Shown: one piece after another, positions 41,866-50,904 of the stretch
Numbering within the stretch: the stretch's first letter is position 1
How the letters are laid out: each line of letters starts with the position of its first letter
From: Bacilli bacterium
GTDB lineage: Bacteria; Bacillota_I; Bacilli_A; ML615J-28; CAG-313
Assembly: GCA_017411715.1 (NCBI GenBank)
Contig: JAFQPO010000008.1
Location: forward strand, 2,013-66,012
Direction: 5' to 3'
Length of the DNA stretch: 64,000 nucleotides
Made by a program: the position numbers and the translations under genes
The notes under the pieces: generated by a model
Told to the model about the DNA's origin: nothing
Databases searched by the model: none
The model's input: the letters and a program-made list of their open reading frames with translations, nothing else

Positions 41866-42225
41866 CTATTTTGTAATTAACTTATTTAATGCAGAAGCAG
41901 ACTCATCAATTAATTTTTCTAATACATGTGTATTGTTATCCGCATTAAGTAATTTCACACTATCATTTTGATAAATTAAAAATGATGATGGAGTAATATT
42001 AATTGATCCCCCTGTTGCACCTCCAAATGGGTATTCATTTGCTTCTTTATACTTACCCATTTTTTGATCCATTCCTCCACCAACAAAACTACATTTAACT
42101 TGTGAAATAGGAACAACATAAGCATCTCCTAAAACAATCGGTGCTCCAACTATCACATTTACATTTGACATATCTTTCACACCTTTTAAAGCAACTTCTA
42201 AAACATCAACAATTTTATGATTCAT
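41866..42225 (-). CDS. ytfJ: Sporulation protein YtfJ/GerW family
   Basis: 119 aa with a glycine-rich segment FGGATGGSINITPSSFLI, typical of GerW/YtfJ. It is followed by the ytfP-like gene, as in Bacillus. Confidence 0.7.
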   Translation of the reverse strand: MNHKIVDVLEVALKGVKDMSNVNVIVGAPIVLGDAYVVPISQVKCSFVGGGMDQKMGKYKEANEYPFGGATGGSINITPSSFLIYQNDSVKLLNADNNTHVLEKLIDESASALNKLITK

Positions 42226-42790
42226 ATTTTCTTCTCCTTTGATAAAATATTTTATATGCTTTTAACCATATTTTAAAGTATCTTAATAGTATATAAATAA
42301 CTTGATATATTCTAACTCTAAACGTACAATCAAAAGTAATTGTTTGTTTAACATCTTCTTTTAACATAACTTGAAAATATTCATTTTTACTAGTCTTAAA
42401 ATAACCATCAATCAAGTTCTTAATCATTATATTAACCATCCACCCACTAAAAGATATGTACATATTATCAGGTTTTACTTTAGGTAAAAAAGTTACTTTT
42501 TCTAATGTTATAATTTTAAAAACTTTTTTTAAAACATCAAATTCACTAAATAAAAAATTAAGTAACAATTTAAGTTGTAAATAACTATTAATCGGATGGG
42601 TTAAACTAGATATACTATTTATTAACATTCTTCTTTCTAAATACTCATTATTAATTAAAATATCTTTTTTCATAATTGGTACTTTAATCATTAATGATAA
42701 ATCATGATTAACCAAAACTCTAATTCTAAGTGGCAAAAATGAAACTATCAAAACAACTACTATACTAACTAAAATTAACATCATTTTCAT
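42215..42790 (-). CDS. Membrane protein, YtfI-like (DUF2953-type) by synteny
   Basis: 191 aa with an N-terminal TM helix. It overlaps the ytfJ start by 11 nt. Sequence similarity could not be assessed directly, so the call rests on position and topology. Confidence 0.4.
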   Translation of the reverse strand: MKMMLILVSIVVVLIVSFLPLRIRVLVNHDLSLMIKVPIMKKDILINNEYLERRMLINSISSLTHPINSYLQLKLLLNFLFSEFDVLKKVFKIITLEKVTFLPKVKPDNMYISFSGWMVNIMIKNLIDGYFKTSKNEYFQVMLKEDVKQTITFDCTFRVRIYQVIYILLRYFKIWLKAYKIFYQRRRKYES

Positions 42791-42830
42791 TGTTATTATT
42801 TTAAACCATAATAATCCAATTATACTTCTA

Positions 42831-42859
42831 TTGCAAAAAAAAACAAAATTTGATAGAAT
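42831..42859 (+). promoter_or_regulatory. Sigma-A-type promoter (TTGCAA-17-TAGAAT, TG-extended) for the YidD-fusion gene
   Basis: TTGCAA at 42831-36, 17-nt spacer, tgaTAGAAT at 42851-59. RBS GGTGA at 42866-70 and ATG at 42876. Confidence 0.5.
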
Positions 42860-42875
42860 ATTATTGGTGATTAAT

Positions 42876-43841
42876 ATGAATAAAATTCCTTTATGGTTAA
42901 TTGATAAATATCAAAAAAATAAAACTAGTCATGGACATTGTCATTTTTATCCTAGTTGTTCTAATTATGCTAAAGAAGCTTATCAAAAATTTAATTTCTT
43001 TTATGCCAGCTTTTTAACTTTTTTTCGAATAATTAGATGTACACCTTTTACAAAAAGAAAATATGACCCTGTTCCATTAACTAAAAAAGAAAAAAGAAAT
43101 CAAGTCATTTTAAATGAACTTAAAGAGAACTATGATTCATCACTTGTTAGAATGATTTATCAAATGAGCTTTAAAGCTAACATCAGTAAAGAAGATTTTG
43201 TTAAACCTCTTTGTGATTATATATATGGTCCGTCTGTTAAATGCTCTTTAGAAAAGCAAGATAAGTTAAAGATTGAGTATTATTATGATGGATTAATTAA
43301 AACCAATCAAAATATTAATCTTCATCAAGCATATATACCAAAAAATAATATTGAAGACATTATTAACATTTTCGAAACTCTTTGTGATAATGGAATAATT
43401 AATTTAGATTTTACTATTACAAAAGAAGACTTGATGAACAACTATTCTAATGATTATTATCTATATCCTTCATCAAGTATAAAAGATGAACTTCATTTTG
43501 AATATTTAAAACCATTAATTAATAAAGCTAATTTTATTGGAATCGATTCAAAAAGTTATACACCAATAGTAGAATTGATTTTAGATTATCTAAACATTGA
43601 ATTAATCAACCTAAATGAATTATTTAATGATGACAATAATAAAGAACTTTCTACTAAATTATTAGAACAATTATCAAAAAGAAAAGTGTTTGTATATAAC
43701 CAACATATCTATGATTTTTCCGGCAGAAAAAAATATCTTATTATTAAAGATAATTTAGTAAATGGTAGCAATAGTTGTATCTTTGATTTAACTATTGGAC
43801 ATAATGTATACAATCCTTTTGTTGATCATATAATCATGTAA
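42876..43841 (+). CDS. YidD-domain (membrane protein insertion efficiency factor) fused to a ~250-aa C-terminal domain of unknown function
   Basis: N-terminal 70 aa match the YidD pattern (HGHCHFYPSCSNYAKEA...RIIRCTPFTKRKYDPVP; consensus C.F.PSCS.Y...R.C.P...G.DPVP). The remaining ~250 aa are hydrophilic with no recognisable motif. The ORF track's start at 42831 is a TTG lying inside the promoter. The ATG at 42876 has a proper RBS. Confidence 0.7.
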   Translation: MNKIPLWLIDKYQKNKTSHGHCHFYPSCSNYAKEAYQKFNFFYASFLTFFRIIRCTPFTKRKYDPVPLTKKEKRNQVILNELKENYDSSLVRMIYQMSFKANISKEDFVKPLCDYIYGPSVKCSLEKQDKLKIEYYYDGLIKTNQNINLHQAYIPKNNIEDIINIFETLCDNGIINLDFTITKEDLMNNYSNDYYLYPSSSIKDELHFEYLKPLINKANFIGIDSKSYTPIVELILDYLNIELINLNELFNDDNNKELSTKLLEQLSKRKVFVYNQHIYDFSGRKKYLIIKDNLVNGSNSCIFDLTIGHNVYNPFVDHIIM

Positions 43842-43850
43842 ATATAATAA

Positions 43851-43900
43851 AAAGCGATAATAGATAAACTGAATTTCAGCAATCTATATCGCTTTTTTTA
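43851..43900. terminator. Convergent terminator between YidD-fusion gene and ABC exporter
   Basis: Imperfect 12-bp stem agcgataatagat/atctatatcgct followed by TTTTTTT. Confidence 0.45.
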
Positions 43901-43902
43901 TT

Positions 43903-45630
43903 CTATTCTTTGAACTGATATTGATATAAGTTAGCATATACACCATTTTGTTCAATTAGTTCTTGGTGTGAGCCTCTTTCTTCAATTCCAATATCTGAGA
44001 TAACAATTATTTCGTCCGCATTTTTAACAGTTGATAGTCTATGCGCCACAACAATTGTTGTACGTCCTTTACTTAGTTTTTCCAAAGACGCTTGAATTTG
44101 CATTTCAGTCATATTATCAAGAGCTGATGTAGCTTCATCAAGAATTAAGATTGGTGGATTTTTCAAGAATGCTCTTGCAATAGATATTCTTTGTTTTTGA
44201 CCACCCGATAATTTAACACCACGCTCACCTACATATGTGTCATAGCCATTTTCTAAGGACATGATGAATTCATGAATGTTAGCTTTCTTAGCTGCTTCAA
44301 TAATTTCTTCATCACTTGCATTAAAATCGCCATATGCAATATTATCTTTTACTGTCCCGCCAAATAAGAATACGTCTTGTGAAACAATTCCAATCTTTCC
44401 ACGAAGGGAATTTATTGTATAATCGCAGATATCGACACCATCAATTGTGATTTTTCCACTTGTTACGCTGTAGAATCTTGGTATTAAATGACAAATAGTA
44501 GTTTTGCCTCCTCCAGATGGGCCAACTAAAGCAAGGGTTTTTCCAACTGGAATTGTTAAATTTAAATCATGTAAAACTTCTTTTTTTGTTTCATCATTTT
44601 CAGAATTGTATGAGAATGAAACATTTTCAAAAGCTATCGATGTTTTAATATCTTTTAATTCAACCGCATCTGGTTTTTCATATTCAGGAGCAGTATTAAT
44701 AACTTCTTGGAATCTCTTGAAACCTGTACTACCATTTTGAATTTGTTCATAAATAGCAACTAATGTTCTAATTGGACCTATAATAGTAGTAATATATAAA
44801 ATATATGCGGCATAAGCATCAACAGTAATTATTTTATTAAATGTAAAAATACCACCAACTAATATAGCAATTAAATATAATACATCCATTAAAAATTGCA
44901 TACCTGATGAGAAAATCCCCATATACTTATATGAATTAGCTCTTGCTTTTCTAAATTCGCTATTTGCATATTCAAATCTTTCATTTTCATGATCAGCTGC
45001 AGTATATGCTTTAGAAACTCTTATCCCTGAAACACTGCTTTCAACACTTGAATTAATACGACCTGTTTCTTCGCGCATTCTTTTAAATGCATTACGCATT
45101 CCTTTTCTTGTAATTATTGCGTATAGTACAACAAATGGAATAGCAGCAAATACAATTAATGATAAACGCCAATCAACACGAATCGACATTAAAATACATG
45201 CCCCAGTTAAAGTAATACTAGATATTAAAATATCTTCTGGTCCATGGTGAGCAAGTTCAGCAATATCCATTAAGTCATTAATGATTCTAGACATGATAGT
45301 CCCAGTTTTATTTTCATCATAATAACTAAATGGTAATTTTTGTAAATGGCTAAAAATTTCCTTACGCATGTCGCTTTGAATTCTAACCCCAACAATGTGT
45401 CCCCAATATTGTAAAATAAAGTTTAATATGCATTTAATTATATATATGCCAAGTAATGCTAAAGACCAAAAAATAACTTTAGCTAATGATTCATGAATAT
45501 AAATTTTCATGATATCTTGAACAATATATGGATATGCTAAGTTACATAGCGCAAGCAGTACTGCACAAAATAAATCTAGTACAAACAGCTTCCAGTGTGG
45601 TTTGTAATAAGAACAGAATTTTTTAAACAT
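43903..45630 (-). CDS. ABC exporter, fused permease/ATPase (MsbA/type I exporter family)
   Basis: 575 aa: 6-TM domain, Walker A GPSGGGKTT, signature LSGGQKQRISIARA, Walker B ILILDEATSALD. Confidence 0.9.
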   Translation of the reverse strand: MFKKFCSYYKPHWKLFVLDLFCAVLLALCNLAYPYIVQDIMKIYIHESLAKVIFWSLALLGIYIIKCILNFILQYWGHIVGVRIQSDMRKEIFSHLQKLPFSYYDENKTGTIMSRIINDLMDIAELAHHGPEDILISSITLTGACILMSIRVDWRLSLIVFAAIPFVVLYAIITRKGMRNAFKRMREETGRINSSVESSVSGIRVSKAYTAADHENERFEYANSEFRKARANSYKYMGIFSSGMQFLMDVLYLIAILVGGIFTFNKIITVDAYAAYILYITTIIGPIRTLVAIYEQIQNGSTGFKRFQEVINTAPEYEKPDAVELKDIKTSIAFENVSFSYNSENDETKKEVLHDLNLTIPVGKTLALVGPSGGGKTTICHLIPRFYSVTSGKITIDGVDICDYTINSLRGKIGIVSQDVFLFGGTVKDNIAYGDFNASDEEIIEAAKKANIHEFIMSLENGYDTYVGERGVKLSGGQKQRISIARAFLKNPPILILDEATSALDNMTEMQIQASLEKLSKGRTTIVVAHRLSTVKNADEIIVISDIGIEERGSHQELIEQNGVYANLYQYQFKE

Positions 45631-45710
45631 ATTCCCCCCCTAAATTAATATTTTTCAACATATAATATTTTATCATATTTTGTAATTTTTTTTGATTTTC
45701 TTGCGTTTTA

Positions 45711-45741
45711 AAATAAAAAGAAATATCAAACTGATATTTCT
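45711..45741 (-). terminator. Terminator of degV
   Basis: Stem agaaatatc/gatatttct with loop aaact, flanked by A8 and T-rich runs. Confidence 0.5.
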
Positions 45742-46606
45742 ATTTTACGATATATAAAATTCCAATACAACCTGCTCCACAGTGACTAGAGATTACACAG
45801 CCAGCCCCTGTTTCACATACATTTTCGAATTCAACAAATTTATCTTGTAATTTATCTTTAATATACTTCTTACTTTCATCAGCCATACTATCAGTAATGA
45901 AAACAAATTCTTTGTCTAAATTATCAAATTGTTCTACAAATTCATCCATCATGAAATTAAGACCTTTTTTGACAGAACCAATAACTTTTTTAGCTACTTC
46001 CATCTTGCCATCAATAACTTTAATATATAATTTAATTTTAATCGCATTACCAATAAAGTAAGTCATCCCACTACAACGACCGCCTTTATATAAATAGTCA
46101 AGTTTTTCAATAACAAACTGACTTCTAACACGTGGAACAATATTTTCTAATTCAGCAGCAATTTCTTTTGCTGATAAGCCTTGTTCACGAAGTTTAGCAG
46201 CTTTTAAAACTAACAAGCCAATCCCAGTCGATAAGTTTTTACTATCAACTAAGTAAATTCGATCGTCAGCAAAATTACTCTTCGCAATATATGCGTTTTG
46301 AAGTGTGCATGATAAGGTTGATGAAATACCTGTATATAAAATATCATAACCTTCATCTATGTATTTACGGAACACTTCTTCAAAATCATTAGGAGTTGTC
46401 GCACTTGATTTAGGAAAACCTACATTTTGAGCAATCAAATCATACATTTTTTCAGTTGTTAGTTCAACTAAATCTTGATAAATATTCTCACCAAGATTAA
46501 TATATAATGGAACAATCTTAATATCATATTTTTCTAATAATTCTTGTGATAAATCGCATGTTGAATCACTTAAAATTAATACTTTATTCATCTTTATCCC
46601 TTTCAT
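45740..46606 (-). CDS. DegV-family fatty-acid-binding protein (FakB-like)
   Basis: DegV N-terminal motif VLILSDSTCDL and overall DegV fold length. The true start is probably the Met at 46591 (MNKVLIL). Confidence 0.85.
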   Translation of the reverse strand: MKGIKMNKVLILSDSTCDLSQELLEKYDIKIVPLYINLGENIYQDLVELTTEKMYDLIAQNVGFPKSSATTPNDFEEVFRKYIDEGYDILYTGISSTLSCTLQNAYIAKSNFADDRIYLVDSKNLSTGIGLLVLKAAKLREQGLSAKEIAAELENIVPRVRSQFVIEKLDYLYKGGRCSGMTYFIGNAIKIKLYIKVIDGKMEVAKKVIGSVKKGLNFMMDEFVEQFDNLDKEFVFITDSMADESKKYIKDKLQDKFVEFENVCETGAGCVISSHCGAGCIGILYIVK

Positions 46607-47414
46607 TCATTTTTTTAAGATATGCTCTGTAATTTATAATTATTTCAATTTCTGTTATAAAGAACCAAGCTACATAAATTAACCAAGTTATATTCCAACA
46701 TTTGAATTCTAATGAGATTAATAAATAAATGATGGTTGTAAGTAAGAATGTATTAATACCTCTTCTTAAAATACGTATTGGTTTAGACATTTGTTTTTGA
46801 TATTTAAAAGCATCATGAATTGCATATAAATTACCTATCAAAATACAAATAATCCAAGACGGATGCCAAACATTTATTTGATGAAAAATATTTAAATATA
46901 AATTTGGTAAAACATATAAGAATGCAATAGCACTACCATATATAAATGATAGACTAGCTCTTTGCATTTTCTCAAACATCATCTTTTTGAAGTATCGATA
47001 TATAAAAATTGAACTGATAAATATATATATAATACCCATTCCTATTACAATAACATATGTGCTATTGAAACTTTTATGAATCAATAGACTATAAATTAAA
47101 TAAATCATGATTGTTATAAAGAAATAAATTGAAGTAAAAATACTATAATCTATTAATTTAGTCTTCATAATTTTTCTAACTGTTACAGTTTCTAAATCAC
47201 TTAAAATTTCTTTATATGCTCCCATCACTTCCAAACATGATGCAACCTTTTGTTTTTCAGTTAATGAATCATCTAAGTCATTATATTTATCTATCATGAT
47301 TGAGATCATTTCTTCTTTTAAATCTAGAACTTCTTTTGTTTTTGGATAAGGAGCAAATTTTCTATTAACAATTGTTAAAATCTTATCAACTGCAGCATTG
47401 TTCATCAGTATCAT
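46584..47414 (-). CDS. PadR-associated membrane protein (DUF1700/HAAS-like N-terminal domain plus about 5 TM helices)
   Basis: 276 aa with a ~90-aa cytoplasmic helical N-terminus followed by a hydrophobic core. It is translationally coupled to padR by a 29-nt overlap. Confidence 0.55.
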   Translation of the reverse strand: MILMNNAAVDKILTIVNRKFAPYPKTKEVLDLKEEMISIMIDKYNDLDDSLTEKQKVASCLEVMGAYKEILSDLETVTVRKIMKTKLIDYSIFTSIYFFITIMIYLIYSLLIHKSFNSTYVIVIGMGIIYIFISSIFIYRYFKKMMFEKMQRASLSFIYGSAIAFLYVLPNLYLNIFHQINVWHPSWIICILIGNLYAIHDAFKYQKQMSKPIRILRRGINTFLLTTIIYLLISLEFKCWNITWLIYVAWFFITEIEIIINYRAYLKKMNERDKDE

Positions 47415-47739
47415 CCCCTTCTATTAATTTTACTAAAGCATGTTTTACAACTTTCCACTCTTCCACTTTTTCATAGTAGTACTTCTTACCTTCTTCGGTA
47501 ATTTTGTAATACTTACGTCTTGCGGTTTGAGATTCTTCGCCCCAGTATGTTGTAATTAATGCCTCATTTTCCATTTTTCTAATTGTTGTATAGATAGTGG
47601 CATCTTTAATATCAAACACTCCTTCACTACGAGTATTAATTTCTTTTAATATTGCCCAGCCATAACTATCCCCTTGAATCAAGATTGCTAATATAATTGT
47701 TTCTGTATTTCCTCGCAACATTTCACTCGAGTAACTCAT
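47386..47739 (-). CDS. padR: PadR-family transcriptional regulator
   Basis: 117 aa with the winged-HTH PadR pattern (LRGNTETIILAIL..GDSYGWAILKEI...G...IKDATIYTTIRKME.EALI). Confidence 0.85.
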   Translation of the reverse strand: MSYSSEMLRGNTETIILAILIQGDSYGWAILKEINTRSEGVFDIKDATIYTTIRKMENEALITTYWGEESQTARRKYYKITEEGKKYYYEKVEEWKVVKHALVKLIEGDDTDEQCCS

Positions 47740-47751
47740 ATTTTCACCTAC

Positions 47752-47764
47752 CTAATCTGATTAG
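47752..47764. promoter_or_regulatory. Perfect palindrome CTAATC-T-GATTAG between padR -10 and RBS (candidate PadR operator)
   Basis: 13-bp perfect inverted repeat at 47752-47764, located between the -10 hexamer and the padR RBS. Confidence 0.35.
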
Positions 47765-47768
47765 ATAT

Positions 47769-47797
47769 ATCTTAACACAATATACAAAAAAAGTCAA
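47769..47797 (-). promoter_or_regulatory. Sigma-A-type promoter for padR operon (TTGACT-17-TAAGAT)
   Basis: Minus strand: TTGACT, 17-nt spacer, TAAGAT. Confidence 0.45.
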
Positions 47798-47802
47798 GTA
47801 AA

Positions 47803-47835
47803 ATAAAAAAAGTATAGATTAAAAATCTATACTCT
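47803..47835 (-). terminator. Terminator of second degV
   Basis: Stem agtatagatt/aatctatact with a short A loop, flanked by A7 and CTCTT. Confidence 0.5.
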
Positions 47836-48722
47836 TATCGATGCTTAGCGTGGAAGCAGACACCAATTGCGTTAGGACCACAATGGCTGCCAATAGTTGG
47901 GTTTACAACAGAGAATTCAATTTGTAATTCGCTACCATATTTTTCAACTAACATATCTCTTAATTTTTCCGCAAGTTCTAATGAATCACTATGTGCAATT
48001 AAAACTGGATGATTATAAATATCATCTGCTAATGTTTCAACATATTCCATTACTTTATTAAGAGCCTTTTTACGTCCTCTTTCTTTAGCAATTGTTGTCA
48101 TAACTCCTTGATCATCCACATGAATAATTGGATGGATACCAATGATTGTTCCCATTGTTGCGCTAAAATTACTAATACGTCCACTACGTTTGAAGAATTT
48201 TAAGTCATCCGCATAGAAGTATAACGCAAAACGATCTACTTCTTTATCAGCCCATTCTAAAATTTCTTCAATAGTTTTATTTTCTTTATATAATCTACCA
48301 ACTTCTCTGGCGATACATAAACCACCAATTGAGATAAATTTAGTATCAATTTGGTAGAACTTTCTTTCTGGATATTTTTCTTTTAACATTTCTAAAGCAA
48401 GTTTAAGTGAATTAAATGTACCACTCATTGCTGCTGAGAAATGAACATATAAAATATCATTTCCTGCTTTAAAATGAGGTTCAAAATAATCAACATAAGT
48501 TGCTGGACTAATAGCTGATGTTTTTGGTAAAACTCCTCCTCTTAAAGTATTATAGAATGCTTGATAATCATATTCAGTATAATCAACATAAGGATATATA
48601 TCTTTTTCATCTATTGTATAAGGCATACTAATTAAATTATAACCATATTCTTTCGCAATACTAGGTGTAACATCTGTATTTGTATCTGTAAATAATACTA
48701 ACATATACACATACCTCCTCAT
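47835..48722 (-). CDS. DegV-family fatty-acid-binding protein (second FakB-like paralog)
   Basis: DegV N-terminus (LFTDTNTD...) and fold. The true start is likely the Met at MLVLFTDTNTD. Confidence 0.85.
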   Translation of the reverse strand: MRRYVYMLVLFTDTNTDVTPSIAKEYGYNLISMPYTIDEKDIYPYVDYTEYDYQAFYNTLRGGVLPKTSAISPATYVDYFEPHFKAGNDILYVHFSAAMSGTFNSLKLALEMLKEKYPERKFYQIDTKFISIGGLCIAREVGRLYKENKTIEEILEWADKEVDRFALYFYADDLKFFKRSGRISNFSATMGTIIGIHPIIHVDDQGVMTTIAKERGRKKALNKVMEYVETLADDIYNHPVLIAHSDSLELAEKLRDMLVEKYGSELQIEFSVVNPTIGSHCGPNAIGVCFHAKHR

Positions 48723-48808
48723 TATATTAATTTTTTTATTAATATACCATAGAAATCTAAACTGAATCTAAACAATTTTTTTTACTACTCTGTTCTATAA
48801 CAACTTGG

Positions 48809-48837
48809 TTGACTTTTTAGCCTTTTTCGTGTAAAAT
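48809..48837 (+). promoter_or_regulatory. Sigma-A-type promoter for plsX (TTGACT-17-TAAAAT)
   Basis: TTGACT at 48809-14, 17-nt spacer, TAAAAT at 48832-37. RBS AAGGAGG at 48852. Confidence 0.5.
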
Positions 48838-48865
48838 AAGTATATATAAATCAAGGAGGATATCT

Positions 48866-49882
48866 ATGATTAAAATTATAGTAGATGCTTTTGGTGGAGA
48901 TCGTAGCCCTGTAGTTAATGTAGAAGGTACGATAAGAGCCATAAATGAAAATAAAGATTTACACGTCATCTTAACTGGTGATGAGGAAGTGTTAAGAAAA
49001 GAACTTTCTAAACACCAATATAATATTGAACAAATTACAATTCTACATGCGCCTGATGTTATTTCTTGTGATGAAGTACCAACTGAAGCTATTAGAAAGA
49101 AAAAAGAAAGTTCAATGGTTGTTGCGCTTAACTTACTTAGAACTGATAATGAAGTAAAAGGACTTGTAACTATTGGTTCAACTGGTGCACTACTTGCGGG
49201 GGCAGTACTTAGAGTAGGACGTATTAGAGGAGTTAAAAGACCAGGTTTTTGCCCAATTCTACCTACAATGACTGGTGGAGTTGTTGCGGTATGTGATAGT
49301 GGAGCTAATGTTGATTGTGATGTTTTACATTTACAACAATTTGCTTTAATGGGTAACCTATATATGAAAAAAGCTTTTGGGATTGAAAATCCTCGTGTTG
49401 CTTTACTTAACATCGGTACTGAAAGTGAAAAAGGTGATGCATTAAGAAAAGAAACTTATAAAGCTTTACAACAAATGGATTTAAACTTTGTTGGCAATAT
49501 GGAAAGTCGTGATTTATTAAGTGGTGATTATGACTTAGTTGTTTCAGATGGATTTAGTGGAAATGTCTTAATTAAATCTACTGAAGGTACAGCCCTTGAA
49601 TTATTAAAACTACTTAAAAAGGCAATGACTAAAAACTTAAAATCTAAAATTGGTGCTTTAATTCTTAAAAAAGAAGTTATGGCTATTAAAGATATGATGG
49701 ATTATAATAACTATGGTGGTGCAGTTTTACTAGGAGCTAACAAAACAATTGTTAAAGGTCATGGTAGCAGTAAATCAACAGCAGTATACCACTGTATTAA
49801 ACAAGCATATCGCCTTGAAAAAGAAGGTTTGAGAGATGCTATTGCTGCTGAACTTGAAAAAATAGAAGACAATAATCAATAA
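48866..49882 (+). CDS. plsX: Phosphate acyltransferase PlsX
   Basis: 338 aa. N-terminus IIVDAFGGDRSP and overall PlsX similarity. Confidence 0.92.
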   Translation: MIKIIVDAFGGDRSPVVNVEGTIRAINENKDLHVILTGDEEVLRKELSKHQYNIEQITILHAPDVISCDEVPTEAIRKKKESSMVVALNLLRTDNEVKGLVTIGSTGALLAGAVLRVGRIRGVKRPGFCPILPTMTGGVVAVCDSGANVDCDVLHLQQFALMGNLYMKKAFGIENPRVALLNIGTESEKGDALRKETYKALQQMDLNFVGNMESRDLLSGDYDLVVSDGFSGNVLIKSTEGTALELLKLLKKAMTKNLKSKIGALILKKEVMAIKDMMDYNNYGGAVLLGANKTIVKGHGSSKSTAVYHCIKQAYRLEKEGLRDAIAAELEKIEDNNQ

Positions 49883-49885
49883 TAG

Positions 49886-49922
49886 AAAAAGAATATGACA
49901 AAAATATGTCATATTCTTTTTT
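49886..49922. terminator. Bidirectional terminator between plsX and the guaA-like gene
   Basis: Perfect 12-bp stem aagaatatgaca/tgtcatattctt with a 6-nt loop, then TTTTTT. Confidence 0.6.
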
Positions 49923-50898
49923 ATTCCCACTCAATTGTACCCGTAGGCTTAGGTGTAATATCTACTAAGACTCTATTGATTCCTTCTATTTCATCTAACA
50001 TACGATCTCTAATCTTAAATAAAATATCATAAGGAATTTCTTCAACAGTAGCAGTAGTCGCATCAACTGAATTAACGGCACGAATAACAACAAAATATAA
50101 ATATGTTCGTTTATTATTCTTAACTCCAACTGTTCTATATTCAGGAACAATTGTAAAGTATTGCCATACTTTTTCACTTAGACCACACTTTTGAAATTCT
50201 TCTCTTAAAATAGCATCAGTTTCTCTAACAATTTCTAATCTTTCCCTTGTAATACTACCAGGACATCTCACCGCAAGTCCAGGTCCAGGGAAAGGTTGAC
50301 GATAAACGAGATTATCACTTAAGCCTAATGCTTTACCAATCATACGAACTTCATCTTTGTATAAAAGTCTAATTGGTTCTATAAGTTCAAAATTTAATTT
50401 GCTAGGTAAACCACCAACATTATGATGAGCCTTAATTCCTTTACTTTCAGTAATATCCGGATAAATTGTTCCTTGTGCTAAATACTTAATCCCATCAAGC
50501 TTTTTAGCTTCTTCCACAAAACAATTGATGAATTCATGCCCAATAATTTTGCGTTTTTCTTCCGGATCACTAACACCTTCTAATTTATTTAAAAAATAAT
50601 CTTCTACTTCTAGATATATTAAATTTAAACCTAGTTTGTCTCTAAAATTTTCGATTACTTCTTTACTTTCATCTTTTCTTAATAATCCATGATTAACATG
50701 AATACAAATCAAGTTCTTACCAATTGCTTTATTAAGTAAAGCAGCTACAACATTAGAATCAACCCCGCCTGATAAAGCTAAGATTACTTTTTCATCTTTA
50801 ATTTTTTCTCTTAATTCTTTTACAGATTGTTCAATAAATAATGAAGCTAATTCTAATGAATTTATTCTTTTGAAATTTGGGTCTCTTAATTCAACCAT
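49921..50898 (-). CDS. guaA: GMP synthase, ATP-pyrophosphatase and dimerisation domains only (GuaA subunit-B-like, no glutaminase domain)
   Basis: 325 aa aligning to E. coli GuaA residues ~207-525: PP-loop SGGVDS, KRKIIG.EF, AQGTIYPD, HHNVGGLP, PFPGPGL, C-terminal TIEWE. It starts 6 nt after the upstream permease stop, so no GATase domain is encoded upstream. Confidence 0.85.
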   Translation of the reverse strand: MVELRDPNFKRINSLELASLFIEQSVKELREKIKDEKVILALSGGVDSNVVAALLNKAIGKNLICIHVNHGLLRKDESKEVIENFRDKLGLNLIYLEVEDYFLNKLEGVSDPEEKRKIIGHEFINCFVEEAKKLDGIKYLAQGTIYPDITESKGIKAHHNVGGLPSKLNFELIEPIRLLYKDEVRMIGKALGLSDNLVYRQPFPGPGLAVRCPGSITRERLEIVRETDAILREEFQKCGLSEKVWQYFTIVPEYRTVGVKNNKRTYLYFVVIRAVNSVDATTATVEEIPYDILFKIRDRMLDEIEGINRVLVDITPKPTGTIEWE

Positions 50899-50904
50899 AA
50901 TAAT

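Noticed and set aside
42831-42875. N-terminal extension (MQKKTKFDRILLVIN) of the YidD-fusion ORF in the supplied track
   Set aside because: The supposed start is a TTG that coincides with the -35 hexamer of a clean TTGCAA-17-TAGAAT promoter. The ATG at 42876, preceded by a GGTGA RBS, is the plausible start.
48817-49413. 198-aa minus-strand ORF in the supplied track
   Set aside because: It lies entirely antisense to plsX, whose product is strongly conserved over this region. Its composition (Ser/Thr/Pro/Leu-rich, no RBS) is typical of an antisense frame in low-GC DNA.
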